Assembly: GCA_937138395.1 (NCBI GenBank)
Contig: CAKZPB010000137.1
Span: forward strand, 13,355 to 77,354
DNA length: 64,000 nt
DNA from: an uncultured Pseudomonadota bacterium
GTDB taxonomy: Bacteria; Pseudomonadota; Gammaproteobacteria; Xanthomonadales; Wenzhouxiangellaceae
Direction: 5' to 3'
Below, piece after piece: positions 48,794-59,013 of this stretch; within the stretch, counting starts at the first letter, position 1; each line of letters opens with the position of its first letter. Below the pieces are notes generated by a model. The model was not told where the DNA came from. It worked only from the letters and a program-made list of their open reading frames with translations, and did no database searches. The translations under genes were made by a program, and so were the position numbers.

Positions 48794-49344
48794 ATACCAG
48801 TATATTCATCTCAGCATGCATTGCACTGTTCGTGCTTGTCATCGGTCCGACCCACTCCAGCGAAATCGACCGCGCTGAACCCATCGCGAACTGTAGCGGT
48901 GATCAGCCTCCGTGGCGCGACTTTGATTTCTGGGTCGGAGAATGGACGGTATTTGATCCGGAAAGCGATCGAAAATACGGCGATAATCGGGTCGAAAAAA
49001 AGGAACGTGGCTGCCTGATTCTGGAACAATGGACCAGCGTTGACGGCACCACCGGCATCAGCATGAACTTCTATGATCCGCTGACCAAGCAATGGCGCCA
49101 GGTCTGGCAAAACGCCGGGATCTTCATTGATTACGCCGGTGGGCTGGATGATCAGGGCCGCATGTTGCTGGAAGGGACGATCTTCTATCATGGCAATGGT
49201 CAGCAAGCCCCGTTCCGGGGGCGCTGGACGCCCAACGAGGACGGCTCGGTTCTACAGGAATTCTGGCAGTTCAACGCTGAAACCAGCCAATGGGACGGCT
49301 GGTTTCGAGGGTTGTACAAGCAGGCTGCTGGCAGTTCAGAATAG
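48790..49344 (+). CDS. Secreted hypothetical protein, tandem paralog 2
   Basis: Same conserved blocks as paralog 1, more than half of aligned core positions identical by eye. 4-nt overlap with paralog 1. Confidence 0.7.
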   Translation: MNTSIFISACIALFVLVIGPTHSSEIDRAEPIANCSGDQPPWRDFDFWVGEWTVFDPESDRKYGDNRVEKKERGCLILEQWTSVDGTTGISMNFYDPLTKQWRQVWQNAGIFIDYAGGLDDQGRMLLEGTIFYHGNGQQAPFRGRWTPNEDGSVLQEFWQFNAETSQWDGWFRGLYKQAAGSSE

Positions 49345-49471
49345 TGTAAAGCTTGCGGGCTAACGTAAGCATCAGTACTAAAACGAATCTATCGCCCGTG
49401 GAACGAGGTCGATTCACTGGCTCCACGCCAAATGAGTGCAGTACAATTAATCCAGTTTCGTTGCCAGTGAA

Positions 49472-50671
49472 TTGATCGTGCTACGCTCTAAACTCACTTC
49501 TGCTCTTTCGATCGTACCCCTTACGCTTGTGCTGATAACCAGTCTGCTGCTGATCACAGGTTGTTCAGAAGAGCAGTCAAGCACCGTGCCGCCGCCCCGC
49601 CCCGTTCAATTTATCGAAATACAGTCTGCGGACATGCCTGCTCAGTTCGAGTTTTCGGGAAGGACCGCCAGTTCTCGCTTGGTCGAGATTCGTGCCCGGG
49701 TCAGTGGATTTCTGGATGACATCGTGTATCGCGAAGGCAGTATGGTCCAGCAGGACGACGTGCTGTTTCGGATCGATCCACAGCCCTTCCAGGCTCGCCT
49801 GAATGGGGCCCTGGCCTTGCAGGCTCAGCAACAGGCCCGACTCGACAATGCGCAATCGCTGTTGAATCGGGTCATACCGCTGGCCGAAGCACGCGCCGTC
49901 GCTCAAAAAGAACTGGATGATGCGCGCGCTCTCGTCGCTGAAGCCAGTGCGGCGCTGGAAGGCGCCGATGCCCAGGTGTTCGAGGCAGAGCTCAACCTGG
50001 GCTATGCAACCATTCGCTCACCGGTCACGGGCATTGCCGGTGCCGCTGCCCTGCGCCAGGGCGCCTTGATAGGTAGTTCCAGCGAATCACTGACTCAAGT
50101 GGCTCAGATCGATCCGCTCTGGGTCGAGTTCAGCGTGGCAGAAAACCAGCTGTTGCAAAGTGCACGCCGGCAACGCGGAGGTGAGATCCGCTTTCCGGAG
50201 GATGATCGCTTCGAGGTTGAGGTCGTGCTCGGTGACGGTACCGTGCATCCTGAAACAGGACGTATCTCATTCGCTGATGCAGCCATCAGCGATCGCACCG
50301 GCACGCTGTTGTTTCGTGCTGAAATACCCAATCCGGAAGGCAGTTTGAGGCCAGGACAGTTTGTTCGGGCCATTCTCAAGGGTGCTGTCCGCCCTCAGGC
50401 CATTGTCGTTCCGCAACGCGCCGTTCAACAGGGGCCGCAAGGCGCTTTTGTCTGGCTTGCCAACGACAACGATGAGGCTGAAATCCGCCCGGTGCTGACC
50501 GCCGCCTGGATCAACAACGAGTGGTTGATTCGCGAAGGCCTGTTTCCAGGCGATCGTGTCATTGTCGATGGGCTGGTTGGCCTCAGAGCCAATGCAGCCA
50601 TCGCGCCGCGTCCGTACGCCGAGGCTGCCCAAGCGGATGCAAACAATTCCGGCGGACAGGACCAGAGCTAA
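49472..50671 (+). CDS. RND efflux periplasmic adaptor (membrane fusion protein, lipoprotein)
   Basis: Lipobox LITGCSE, coiled-coil hairpin region, and typical MFP blocks (FRIDPQPFQA, LGYATIRSPVTG). Confidence 0.9.
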   Translation: MIVLRSKLTSALSIVPLTLVLITSLLLITGCSEEQSSTVPPPRPVQFIEIQSADMPAQFEFSGRTASSRLVEIRARVSGFLDDIVYREGSMVQQDDVLFRIDPQPFQARLNGALALQAQQQARLDNAQSLLNRVIPLAEARAVAQKELDDARALVAEASAALEGADAQVFEAELNLGYATIRSPVTGIAGAAALRQGALIGSSSESLTQVAQIDPLWVEFSVAENQLLQSARRQRGGEIRFPEDDRFEVEVVLGDGTVHPETGRISFADAAISDRTGTLLFRAEIPNPEGSLRPGQFVRAILKGAVRPQAIVVPQRAVQQGPQGAFVWLANDNDEAEIRPVLTAAWINNEWLIREGLFPGDRVIVDGLVGLRANAAIAPRPYAEAAQADANNSGGQDQS

Positions 50672-50676
50672 ACTCG

Positions 50677-53600
50677 ATGCTGTCGACCATCTTCGTTCAC
50701 CGCCCTATCCTGGCGTCGGTCCTGTCGATCGTAATCGTGCTGGCAGGGACCGTGGCCGGCCTGAATCTTCCAGTCAATATGTATCCGGATATTGCGCCGG
50801 TTCAGGTCACGGTATCGGCCAACTATCCTGGCGCTGATTCCGAGACCATTGCCAACACGGTCGCTTCTCCGCTGGAAACCAGAATCAACGGCGCCGACGG
50901 GCTGCTCTACATGCGTTCTTCGTCATCGGCCACCGGACAGATGAGCCTGACCGCGTACTTTGAACTGGGCACGGACCCGGATACCGCTGAAGTTCAGGTT
51001 CAGAATCGAGTCAATCTCGCCCTGCCCGGGTTGCCTGAAGCGGTGCGCAATACCGGCGTCAAGGTCCAAAAGCGCTCAACCGGTTTTTTGATGCTGATTG
51101 CCCTTTATTCAGACGACGGCCGCTTCGATGAAGAGTACGTCGGTAATTACGCCAATCTGTATGTGCTTGATGCGCTGAAACGTGTCGAAGGTGCGAATCA
51201 GGCGGAAATCATGGGGCTGCCCGATCTGGCCATGCGCATCTGGCTGAATCCTGAGCGCATGGCCAGCCTGGATATCACTTCCGCCGAAGTCAATGCTGCG
51301 ATCGCCCGACAGAATCAGCAGTTTGGTGCCGGTGTCTTGGGCCAGGCCCCGATGGACCGCCCGATTGAACTGACCGTGCCCCTGGTTACTGAAGAAAGCT
51401 TTTCAACGCCAGAAGAATTCGAACGCATCATAGTACGTGCCGAATCAGAAGGCACCAGCGTGATTCGGCTCGGCGATATTGCCCGTGTCGAAGAGGGTAT
51501 TCAAGCCAATCTGCTGCGCTCGGACCTGAACGGCACGCCGGCTACTTTTATTGCGGTGTATCAGCAGGCAGGCTCAAACGCATTGGCTGTGGCATCGGCA
51601 GTCACCGAACGGCTCGATCAAATGAGCGATAGCTTTCCGGACGGCATCGAGTATGCGGTGTCATTCGATACTACCAAGGTGGTTCAGGCCTCCATCGATG
51701 AAGTGATTGAAACGCTGATCATCGCGATCATTCTGGTCATCCTGGTGACCTATTTGTTCCTGCAGAACGCGCGTGCCACGCTGATACCCACGATCGCGAT
51801 TCTTGTCGCAGTCATCGGCACCTTCACCGGCATGCTGTTGCTCGGCTTCAGCCTGAACCTGATGACCCTGCTCGGACTGGTGCTGGCCATCGGCATCGTG
51901 GTCGACGATGCCATTGTCGTCGTCGAAAATGTCGAACGAAGCATGCATGAGAAGAAGCTGCCCGCCAAGCAAGCCACGATCGAGGCCATGGGCGAAGTGA
52001 TCGGCCCGGTGATAGCAACCACGCTGGTATTGATCGCGGTTTTCATGCCAGTTGCCTTTCTGGGTGGCTCCACCGGCGTGCTCTACCAGCAGTTTGCCGT
52101 CACGATTGCAATTTCCGTGTTCATTTCCAGCATCGTTGCCCTGACGCTGACCCCTGCTCTTTGTGGTGTGCTGCTGAAGCCACGACAAGGGGAACCCGCG
52201 GCACCATTTCGCGCATTCAACCGAATGATCGATGGTCTGACCGATCGCTATGGTCAGGGTGTTGAAATCGTCATACGCAGGAGCTTTTTCGGTGTTTTGC
52301 TTGTGGCTTTGATGTTTGCAGCCATTGCTGGACTGTTTCGAATCGTGCCGTCCAGTTTTGTGCCGGAAGAAGATCAGGGCATTTTATTTGCGTCTATTCT
52401 TTTACCCGATGGTGCAAGCCTGGATCGCAGTGAACGCGTCACGAGAACGGCTGCGGATTTATTCTTGAGTCACCCCGCTGTTGAATATGCCTCCAGCATT
52501 ACAGGATTCAGTTTGCTTGATGGTCAGTTCAAGACCAATGGCGGTACCATCTTCGTATCGCTCAAGGATTTTGAAGAGCGGACTGATGCCGAACTGTCAC
52601 TCGATCAATTGATGCAATTCGTCCGCCCCCGGCTGCTGGGGCTGAATGACGGGCTGGGCATTCCGATCAACCCACCTGCAGTCCCCGGGTTGGGCAGCCA
52701 GGGTGGATTCGAGTTCTGGATCGAGAGCCGGGAATCGGGTGATCCCCAGGTACTGTCCGCGGCCGTCAAGAATTTTCTAGGCCAGGCTAATACACGCCCA
52801 GCGCTGACTGGATTGACCTCGACATTCAATCCCAATGCGCGTCAACTGCTGATCCGCGTTGATCGAGTTCGGGCCGAAACGCTGGGTGTGCCGGTGGAAT
52901 CCATTTATGCCGCCATGCAAACCATGTTTGGTGGTGCTTATGTCAGCCAGTACAACAAATCGGGGCGCGTCTGGAACGTGATCGTCCAAGGCGATGCTAC
53001 GTTTCGAGATGACACGAGTGATCTTGAACGCATCAAGATTCGACAGCGCAATGGTGCGCTCGTGCCCCTATCCGCTGTGGTTACGCATGAATTCCGTCCC
53101 GGTCCTGACTTTGTCACTCGATTCAATGGCGCAATCGCTGCACGCATTACTGGTGATGCCGCGCGCGGCTTCAGTTCCGGCGATGCCATTGCGGCAATGG
53201 AAGCTGTAGCGACTGAATCACTGCCTGATGGCATGAGCTTCTCGTGGTCCGGTCAGGCATTTGAAGAAAAGCAGGCCGGCTCTACCTCGGCGATTGCCTT
53301 TGCCTTTGGCCTTGTGCTGATCTTTCTGATACTGGCCGCGCAATATGAGCGTTGGTCGCTTCCCCTGGCTATCATTACAGCCGTTCCGTTTGGTGTATTC
53401 GGTGCCATCGTTGCGGTCTGGTTACGTGGCATGGAAAATGATGTGTACTTCCAGATCGGCCTGATTACGTTGATAGGCCTGTCGGCAAAAAATGCCATCC
53501 TGATTGTAGAATTTGCCCAGATCAAATTCAATCAGGGGCTGCCGGTTGCTCAGGCTGCTGTCGAGGCGGCCCGACAACGCCTGCGTCCGATTCTCATGAC

Positions 53601-53805
53601 TTCGCTGTCGTTTATCCTGGGTACCTTGCCACTGGTTATTGCCTCAGGTGCCGGTGCCAATGCACGTCATTCCATTGGGACGGGCGTCATGGGCGGGATG
53701 ATTGCAGCGACCTCGCTTGCACTCTTCTTTGTGCCGTTGTTTTATGTGCTGATCATGCGCAGGGCCAAACCGCCCAGCACAGGTGAACCAAAGGAAGCCG
53801 CGTGA
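50677..53805 (+). CDS. RND multidrug efflux permease (AcrB/MexB family)
   Basis: MLSTIFVHRPILASVLSIVIVLAG start, about 1040 aa, 12-TM architecture. The ORF-track N-terminal extension (50521-50676) was rejected. Confidence 0.93.
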   Translation: MLSTIFVHRPILASVLSIVIVLAGTVAGLNLPVNMYPDIAPVQVTVSANYPGADSETIANTVASPLETRINGADGLLYMRSSSSATGQMSLTAYFELGTDPDTAEVQVQNRVNLALPGLPEAVRNTGVKVQKRSTGFLMLIALYSDDGRFDEEYVGNYANLYVLDALKRVEGANQAEIMGLPDLAMRIWLNPERMASLDITSAEVNAAIARQNQQFGAGVLGQAPMDRPIELTVPLVTEESFSTPEEFERIIVRAESEGTSVIRLGDIARVEEGIQANLLRSDLNGTPATFIAVYQQAGSNALAVASAVTERLDQMSDSFPDGIEYAVSFDTTKVVQASIDEVIETLIIAIILVILVTYLFLQNARATLIPTIAILVAVIGTFTGMLLLGFSLNLMTLLGLVLAIGIVVDDAIVVVENVERSMHEKKLPAKQATIEAMGEVIGPVIATTLVLIAVFMPVAFLGGSTGVLYQQFAVTIAISVFISSIVALTLTPALCGVLLKPRQGEPAAPFRAFNRMIDGLTDRYGQGVEIVIRRSFFGVLLVALMFAAIAGLFRIVPSSFVPEEDQGILFASILLPDGASLDRSERVTRTAADLFLSHPAVEYASSITGFSLLDGQFKTNGGTIFVSLKDFEERTDAELSLDQLMQFVRPRLLGLNDGLGIPINPPAVPGLGSQGGFEFWIESRESGDPQVLSAAVKNFLGQANTRPALTGLTSTFNPNARQLLIRVDRVRAETLGVPVESIYAAMQTMFGGAYVSQYNKSGRVWNVIVQGDATFRDDTSDLERIKIRQRNGALVPLSAVVTHEFRPGPDFVTRFNGAIAARITGDAARGFSSGDAIAAMEAVATESLPDGMSFSWSGQAFEEKQAGSTSAIAFAFGLVLIFLILAAQYERWSLPLAIITAVPFGVFGAIVAVWLRGMENDVYFQIGLITLIGLSAKNAILIVEFAQIKFNQGLPVAQAAVEAARQRLRPILMTSLSFILGTLPLVIASGAGANARHSIGTGVMGGMIAATSLALFFVPLFYVLIMRRAKPPSTGEPKEAA

Positions 53806-55223
53806 GGTCGATTGCCCGCTTACTGCTGATGCTGGGCTCGCTGCTACTGACCGCCTGTGCAGTCGGTCCGGCTTATCAAGCGCCAGCTGATCCCTCCCCT
53901 GTCGCGTTTCGAATTCCGCATCCAGAGGCCTCGGAGACGGCCGACCTGCTCTGGTGGCAATCATTCAATGATCCTGCGCTGGATCGCTTGATTGAACTGG
54001 CGGTTAGCAATAATCTCGATGTACAGATTGCCGCGGCACGAATCGATGAATTTGCGGCACGCGTTGGTCTGGCGCGTTCTGCTGGTCTGCCTCAGGTGGG
54101 CTATGGCGTTGGCGCAACTCGAAACTGGCTATCGCGCGAAATAGCGCCCGGGTCCACGCCCGGTATCGATCGAACGAGCGATGCATTCGAGGCCGCACTG
54201 AATCTGAGCTGGGAGCTGGATCTCTGGGGCCGCATACGTCAGTCACGAGTTGCAGCGCAGGGTGAATTCGAGGCCAGCATCGAGCAGCGCAATGCGCTGG
54301 TCCTGTCGCTGGTGAGCAACGTGGCGCAGAGTTATATCCAATTACTCAGCCTTGATGCTCAGTTGAAGGTCGCCAGGAATCGAGTCAATGCTCGCCAGGA
54401 AACACTGGACCTGTTCATGTTGCAGCTCGAAGAGGGCGTCTTGTCTGAACTGGAAGTCGCTCAGGTGCGATCCGAGTTTGAGCGAACACGCGCAGCAATC
54501 CCTGCACTGGAGCGTGAGATCGCAACGCTTGAAAATGCCTTGTCGGTCCTGTTGGGCCGCCCGCCGGGTGTAATCGAGCGAGGACGAACGCTGCAAACAT
54601 TGAATGCACCGTCACTTCCTGGCGGCCTTCCATCGGATCTGTTGGTGCAGCGGCCGGATATTCGTGCGGCAGAGCGACAGCTCGTATCGGCCAATGCCCG
54701 GATCGGGGTTGCCATGGCCGAGCGGTTCCCGAGAATTTCATTGACCGGGCTGCTCGGTCAAGCCAGTGATGACCTATCCAATCTGACCAGTTCATCGGCA
54801 AATTTTGGCCAGGTCAATGCAGGTCTGATTGGCCCGATATTCGCCGGCGGGGCAATCAATGCGCAAATCGAAGCTGCCAAGGCCAGCGAACAAGCCGCAG
54901 CGCTCAACTACGAGGCCGTTGTTCTGACCGCGCTGCGCGAAGCGGAAGACGCCCTCGTGATTCGCGCGACCACGTTTGAAGAAGCCGAAGCCCAGCAACG
55001 ACGCCTGACAGCGCTAGAGGACTACCTGAAGTTTGCAGAAATGCGGTACGACAACGGCTATTCCAGTTACCTGGCAGTTCTGGACGCTGAACGAACACTG
55101 TTTGACGCAGAGCTGTTGACGCTACAGGTTCGTGCTGCCGCACTAGCTTCGGTCATCGGTATCTACAAGGCGTTTGGGGGTGGATGGGTCACAGAGGTGC
55201 AATCGAGCCTGTCAGGCGAGTGA
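53802..55223 (+). CDS. Outer membrane efflux lipoprotein (NodT/OprM family)
   Basis: Lipobox LLTACAV and tandem OEP repeats. 4-nt overlap with the RND gene. Confidence 0.9.
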   Translation: MRSIARLLLMLGSLLLTACAVGPAYQAPADPSPVAFRIPHPEASETADLLWWQSFNDPALDRLIELAVSNNLDVQIAAARIDEFAARVGLARSAGLPQVGYGVGATRNWLSREIAPGSTPGIDRTSDAFEAALNLSWELDLWGRIRQSRVAAQGEFEASIEQRNALVLSLVSNVAQSYIQLLSLDAQLKVARNRVNARQETLDLFMLQLEEGVLSELEVAQVRSEFERTRAAIPALEREIATLENALSVLLGRPPGVIERGRTLQTLNAPSLPGGLPSDLLVQRPDIRAAERQLVSANARIGVAMAERFPRISLTGLLGQASDDLSNLTSSSANFGQVNAGLIGPIFAGGAINAQIEAAKASEQAAALNYEAVVLTALREAEDALVIRATTFEEAEAQQRRLTALEDYLKFAEMRYDNGYSSYLAVLDAERTLFDAELLTLQVRAAALASVIGIYKAFGGGWVTEVQSSLSGE

Positions 55224-55227
55224 ATCC

Positions 55228-55254
55228 ATTGTGGCGCCGTGAGCGCCACAATGA
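55228..55254. terminator. Perfect 11-bp hairpin between the convergent OMF gene and ffh (probable bidirectional terminator)
   Basis: CATTGTGGCGC-CGTGA-GCGCCACAATG. There is no clear T-run on either side. Confidence 0.5.
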
Positions 55255-55258
55255 CTGA

Positions 55259-56632
55259 TTACATACCATAACCCGGCGGCATACCGCCACCGCCACCCGG
55301 CAGGCGCTTCATCAGTTTCTGCATGGCGCCTTTATTGCCCACCTTTTTCATCATTTTCTGCATCTGCTTGTGCTGTTTCAGCACCTTGTTGACGTCTTGA
55401 ATCTGAACGCCCGAGCCCTGTGCGATGCGGCGTTTGCGTGAGCCGTTGATGGTATCCGGATAGCGCCGCTCCTTCGGCGTCATCGAATTGACGATCGCAA
55501 TCATTCGCCGGGTCTGGCGATCATCCAGCTGTGCCTTGGCTGCTGCCGGCAGGTTACCCATGCCGGGCAATTTGTCCGCCAGTGAACCCAGTCCGCCCAG
55601 TTTTTCCATCTGCTCGAGCTGGCTCTTGAAATCATCGAGCCCGAAGCGCCGGGAGCCCTTGCCGACTTTGCCGGCCAGCTTTCTGGCCTGCTTCTGGTCA
55701 ACTTTGCGCTGAACATCCTCGACCAGGCTGAGCACGTCACCCATGCCGAGGATGCGCGAGGCCAATCGATCCGGATGAAACGGCTCCAGCCCATCCAGCT
55801 TTTCTCCGGTTCCAAGAAACTTGATCGGCACGCCGGTAATCTGACGAACTGATAACGCCGCACCACCTCGGGCATCACCATCGATTTTGGTCAGGACCAC
55901 GCCCGTCAGCGGCAAGGCATCATGGAAGGCCTTGGCAGTATTGGCCGCATCCTGGCCGGTCATCGAATCAACGACGAACAGGATCTCGGCAGGTTGCGTG
56001 GCAGCCTGTATGCGACGGATCTCGTCCATCATTGCTTCATCGATGGCCAATCGACCGGCCGTATCGATAATGACCACGTCGGCCTGGCTGCGCCGCGCTT
56101 CGGCGACTGCGGCCTCGGCAATGGCGACGGCATCGTTCTGATCTGGATGCCGGTAGAATTCCGCTTCAGCTTGTGCCGCGACGGTTTCGAGCTGGTCAAT
56201 GGCAGCCGGTCTGTAGATATCGGCACTGGCAACCAGCACACGCTTGCTATTGCGCTCCTTGAGCAGTTTCGCCAGCTTGCCTGTAGTCGTGGTTTTACCC
56301 GCGCCCTGCAACCCGGCCATCAGCATGACAACCGGCGCCTGTTGATCCAGGTTCAGCGGTGCATGCTCTTTACCCAGGGTCTGGATCAGCTCGTCATGCA
56401 CGACCTTGACCAGTGCCTCGCCAGGCTTCAGGCTCGACAGAACCTGCCGACCAACGGCCTGCTGACGCACCTGCTCGATAAAATCACGGACCACCGGCAG
56501 TGCGACATCGGCTTCGAGCAAAGCCCGCCGCACGTCGCGCAGCGCATCAGAAATATTGTCGTCAGTCAGCGTGCCGCGCCCACGCAGCGAATTCAGGGTG
56601 TCGCCCAAACGTTGGGTAAGTTGATCAAACAT
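55259..56632 (-). CDS. ffh: Signal recognition particle protein Ffh
   Basis: NG domain (GLQGAGKTTT, DTAGR, TKIDGDARGG) and a Met-rich M domain. Confidence 0.97.
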   Translation of the reverse strand: MFDQLTQRLGDTLNSLRGRGTLTDDNISDALRDVRRALLEADVALPVVRDFIEQVRQQAVGRQVLSSLKPGEALVKVVHDELIQTLGKEHAPLNLDQQAPVVMLMAGLQGAGKTTTTGKLAKLLKERNSKRVLVASADIYRPAAIDQLETVAAQAEAEFYRHPDQNDAVAIAEAAVAEARRSQADVVIIDTAGRLAIDEAMMDEIRRIQAATQPAEILFVVDSMTGQDAANTAKAFHDALPLTGVVLTKIDGDARGGAALSVRQITGVPIKFLGTGEKLDGLEPFHPDRLASRILGMGDVLSLVEDVQRKVDQKQARKLAGKVGKGSRRFGLDDFKSQLEQMEKLGGLGSLADKLPGMGNLPAAAKAQLDDRQTRRMIAIVNSMTPKERRYPDTINGSRKRRIAQGSGVQIQDVNKVLKQHKQMQKMMKKVGNKGAMQKLMKRLPGGGGGMPPGYGM

Positions 56633-56739
56633 GGCTGTGGGTTGTGCTTTGAATCATGAGTGAAGATCTAAGAGGCTAAAGCGACAGTATATCGCCACGT
56701 CGATTCGACGGTTATACTGCGATTTCTATTGTTGGAACT

Positions 56740-57582
56740 TTGTGTGAATTGATTCCTGTGAGTTCGTCAAGCCTGTTGTTGCTGGCCGGTGCACTGTACA
56801 TCATCGCAGGGCTGGCATTGATTACCGCCATGCTGAAGAAAAGCAAGTTGCTGTTTGCCATTGCGATTGCACTTGGCATGTTGGCGACGATCACGCATGG
56901 CCATCAGTTATTTCTGGAAATGCAAATCCTGCAGGGCATCAACGCAGATTTCTTTGCTGCATTGTCGCTGGTCGCTTTCATTGTCGTTGCGCTGCTGCTG
57001 ATTTCGGCAATCCGCTTGCCGGTGATGGAAATTCTACCTATTGCATTTTTTGGTGCGGCTCTGATGGTCCTGCTCAAGGCCCTGATCGGGCCAGCACCGA
57101 CCCCGCTCCTGCTGGAAAGTCGATGGCTCGAACTGCACGTCATTGCATCGCTGCTTGCCTATGGCGTCTTGTCGATTGCAGCCATCAATGCACTGTTCAT
57201 CAGCGTGCAGCACAACATTCTGCACCGTCACTTCAGTTCCGGTCTGCTGGATGTGCTGCCACCACTGACTACCATGGAGAAACTGTTGTTCCAGCTGATC
57301 CTGGCCGGCTGGCTGATCCTGACTGTCGGTCTGGCCAGCGGAATCGTGTTTATCGATAGCCTGTTCGCGCAACACCTGGCGCACAAGACCGTGCTGTCCA
57401 TTCTGGCCTGGCTGATCTTCGGCCTGCTGCTGTATGGCCGTTTTCGCTTTGGCTGGCGCGGTATGCGCGTTGTACGTCTCTGCCTGATTGGTATGGCAGT
57501 CCTTGTGCTGGCCTACTTCGGCAGTAAAGCGGTGCTTGAACTGGTGTTGGATCGCCGCTGGCAATCGATCGAAGGCGCATGA
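56740..57582 (+). CDS. ypjD: Cytochrome c assembly family inner-membrane protein YpjD (CcsA-like)
   Basis: Polytopic membrane protein divergent from ffh, as in E. coli. The start is uncertain (TTG at 56740 or GTG at 56757). Confidence 0.8.
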   Translation: MCELIPVSSSSLLLLAGALYIIAGLALITAMLKKSKLLFAIAIALGMLATITHGHQLFLEMQILQGINADFFAALSLVAFIVVALLLISAIRLPVMEILPIAFFGAALMVLLKALIGPAPTPLLLESRWLELHVIASLLAYGVLSIAAINALFISVQHNILHRHFSSGLLDVLPPLTTMEKLLFQLILAGWLILTVGLASGIVFIDSLFAQHLAHKTVLSILAWLIFGLLLYGRFRFGWRGMRVVRLCLIGMAVLVLAYFGSKAVLELVLDRRWQSIEGA

Positions 57583-57589
57583 AGCACAC

Positions 57590-58876
57590 ATGAATTCAAT
57601 TCCGCTGGAAATTCTGCTGCTGTTGATGGTGTTGTTGCTGACCCTGTCGGCCTTTTTCTCCAGCTCGGAGACCGGCCTGGTCGCGCTGAATCGCTATCGC
57701 ATGCGGCACAAGGCCCAGGGTGGGCACCGCGGCGCGAAACTGGCCCAGAAGCTGCTGAACAAGCCGGATCGAATGTTCGGTTTGATTCTGCTTGGCAACA
57801 ACCTGGTCAATATACTTGCAGCGTCAATCTCAACGGTCATATTCCTCCGTTTACTCGGCGATGCTGGTATCTGGGTCTCCACGCTGGTGCTGACGGTCAT
57901 CATCCTGATCTTTGCCGAAGTGGCACCCAAAACCGTCGCCGCCGTTTACCCCGAGCGGGTCGCCTATCCAGCCAGCTATGTTCTGAGCCTGCTGATGCGA
58001 CTGCTGTATCCACTGGTCTGGCTGATCAATCTCGCGGCTTCCGGACTGCTGCGGATGATTGGCATCAAGCGCGCTGCAATGAATCAGGACCATCTGACTC
58101 GCGAAGAACTTCGCACGCTCGTCAAGGAAGGCGGTCGAACGATTTCGAATGACCACCAGCAGATGTTGATCAATATCCTGGACCTTGAATATGGCACGAT
58201 CGACGACGTCATGGTGCCGCGCCAGGATGTCGTCGGCATCGACCTGGAAGATGACTGGGAAACCATTCTTCATCAACTGACGCGGAGCATCTATACCCGA
58301 CTCCCCGTGTGGCGTAATGATCTGAACGAAATGGTTGGATTGCTGCACATTCGCACCGTGATGGTCAAGTTGTCCCAGGGCAATCTGAATCGACACGAAC
58401 TCGAGCGCTCCATCCGAACGCCCTACTACATCCCCGAAGGCACCTCGCTGACTCAGCAACTGCTGGAATTCCAGAAACGGGAGCGGCGCATGGGCATGGT
58501 GGTCGACGAGTATGGCGATATCCAGGGCCTGGTGACGCTGGACGACATTCTGGAAGAAATCGTTGGTGAATACACGCCGGAAGGCACTGCCCGCCAGCGC
58601 CAGTTGCGTAAGCTGGACGACGGCAGCTGGCTGGTCGCGGGTAACACCACCGTGCGGATGCTGAATCGTCGCATGGAATGGAATTTGCCGACCACGGGCG
58701 CCAAGACCCTGAATGGACTGATGCTGGAACAACTTGAATCGCTACCCGATGGCCATACATCCATTCGACTCGGCGAGCATATTCTGACCATCGTGGATCT
58801 GGGTAGCAACCGGATCCGTAAGGTGCTGTTCAAGCCCTGGCGACTGCGCGACCAGGCAGAAGCCGACCAGGATTGA
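57590..58876 (+). CDS. yfjD: CNNM/HlyC-CorC family transporter (DUF21, CBS pair, CorC_HlyC domains)
   Basis: N-terminal FFSSSETGL (DUF21), CBS pair, C-terminal transporter-associated domain. 428 aa. Synteny with ffh-ypjD. Confidence 0.85.
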   Translation: MNSIPLEILLLLMVLLLTLSAFFSSSETGLVALNRYRMRHKAQGGHRGAKLAQKLLNKPDRMFGLILLGNNLVNILAASISTVIFLRLLGDAGIWVSTLVLTVIILIFAEVAPKTVAAVYPERVAYPASYVLSLLMRLLYPLVWLINLAASGLLRMIGIKRAAMNQDHLTREELRTLVKEGGRTISNDHQQMLINILDLEYGTIDDVMVPRQDVVGIDLEDDWETILHQLTRSIYTRLPVWRNDLNEMVGLLHIRTVMVKLSQGNLNRHELERSIRTPYYIPEGTSLTQQLLEFQKRERRMGMVVDEYGDIQGLVTLDDILEEIVGEYTPEGTARQRQLRKLDDGSWLVAGNTTVRMLNRRMEWNLPTTGAKTLNGLMLEQLESLPDGHTSIRLGEHILTIVDLGSNRIRKVLFKPWRLRDQAEADQD

Positions 58877-59013
58877 TGCTCGCTCCTGGCGGCGGTTCAG
58901 GCGTCGGATTGCGCCCGGAGTCTGGCGGTCAGGAGTCTGGCTGTTAGAATTCCTGACCAGAAATGATCCCGATGCTTGTCCGGTCGTCGATCTCGCTTGG
59001 TTGAAGGTCGGTC

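Noticed and set aside
50521-50676. N-terminal extension of the RND permease ORF, overlapping the MFP gene by 150 nt
   Set aside because: The canonical AcrB-type N-terminus MLSTIFVHRPILA starts at 50677, 6 nt after the MFP stop. The upstream extension is Arg/Cys-rich and implausible.
57851-58732. 293-aa ORF on the minus strand
   Set aside because: Antisense to the CNNM/CorC-family gene (yfjD).
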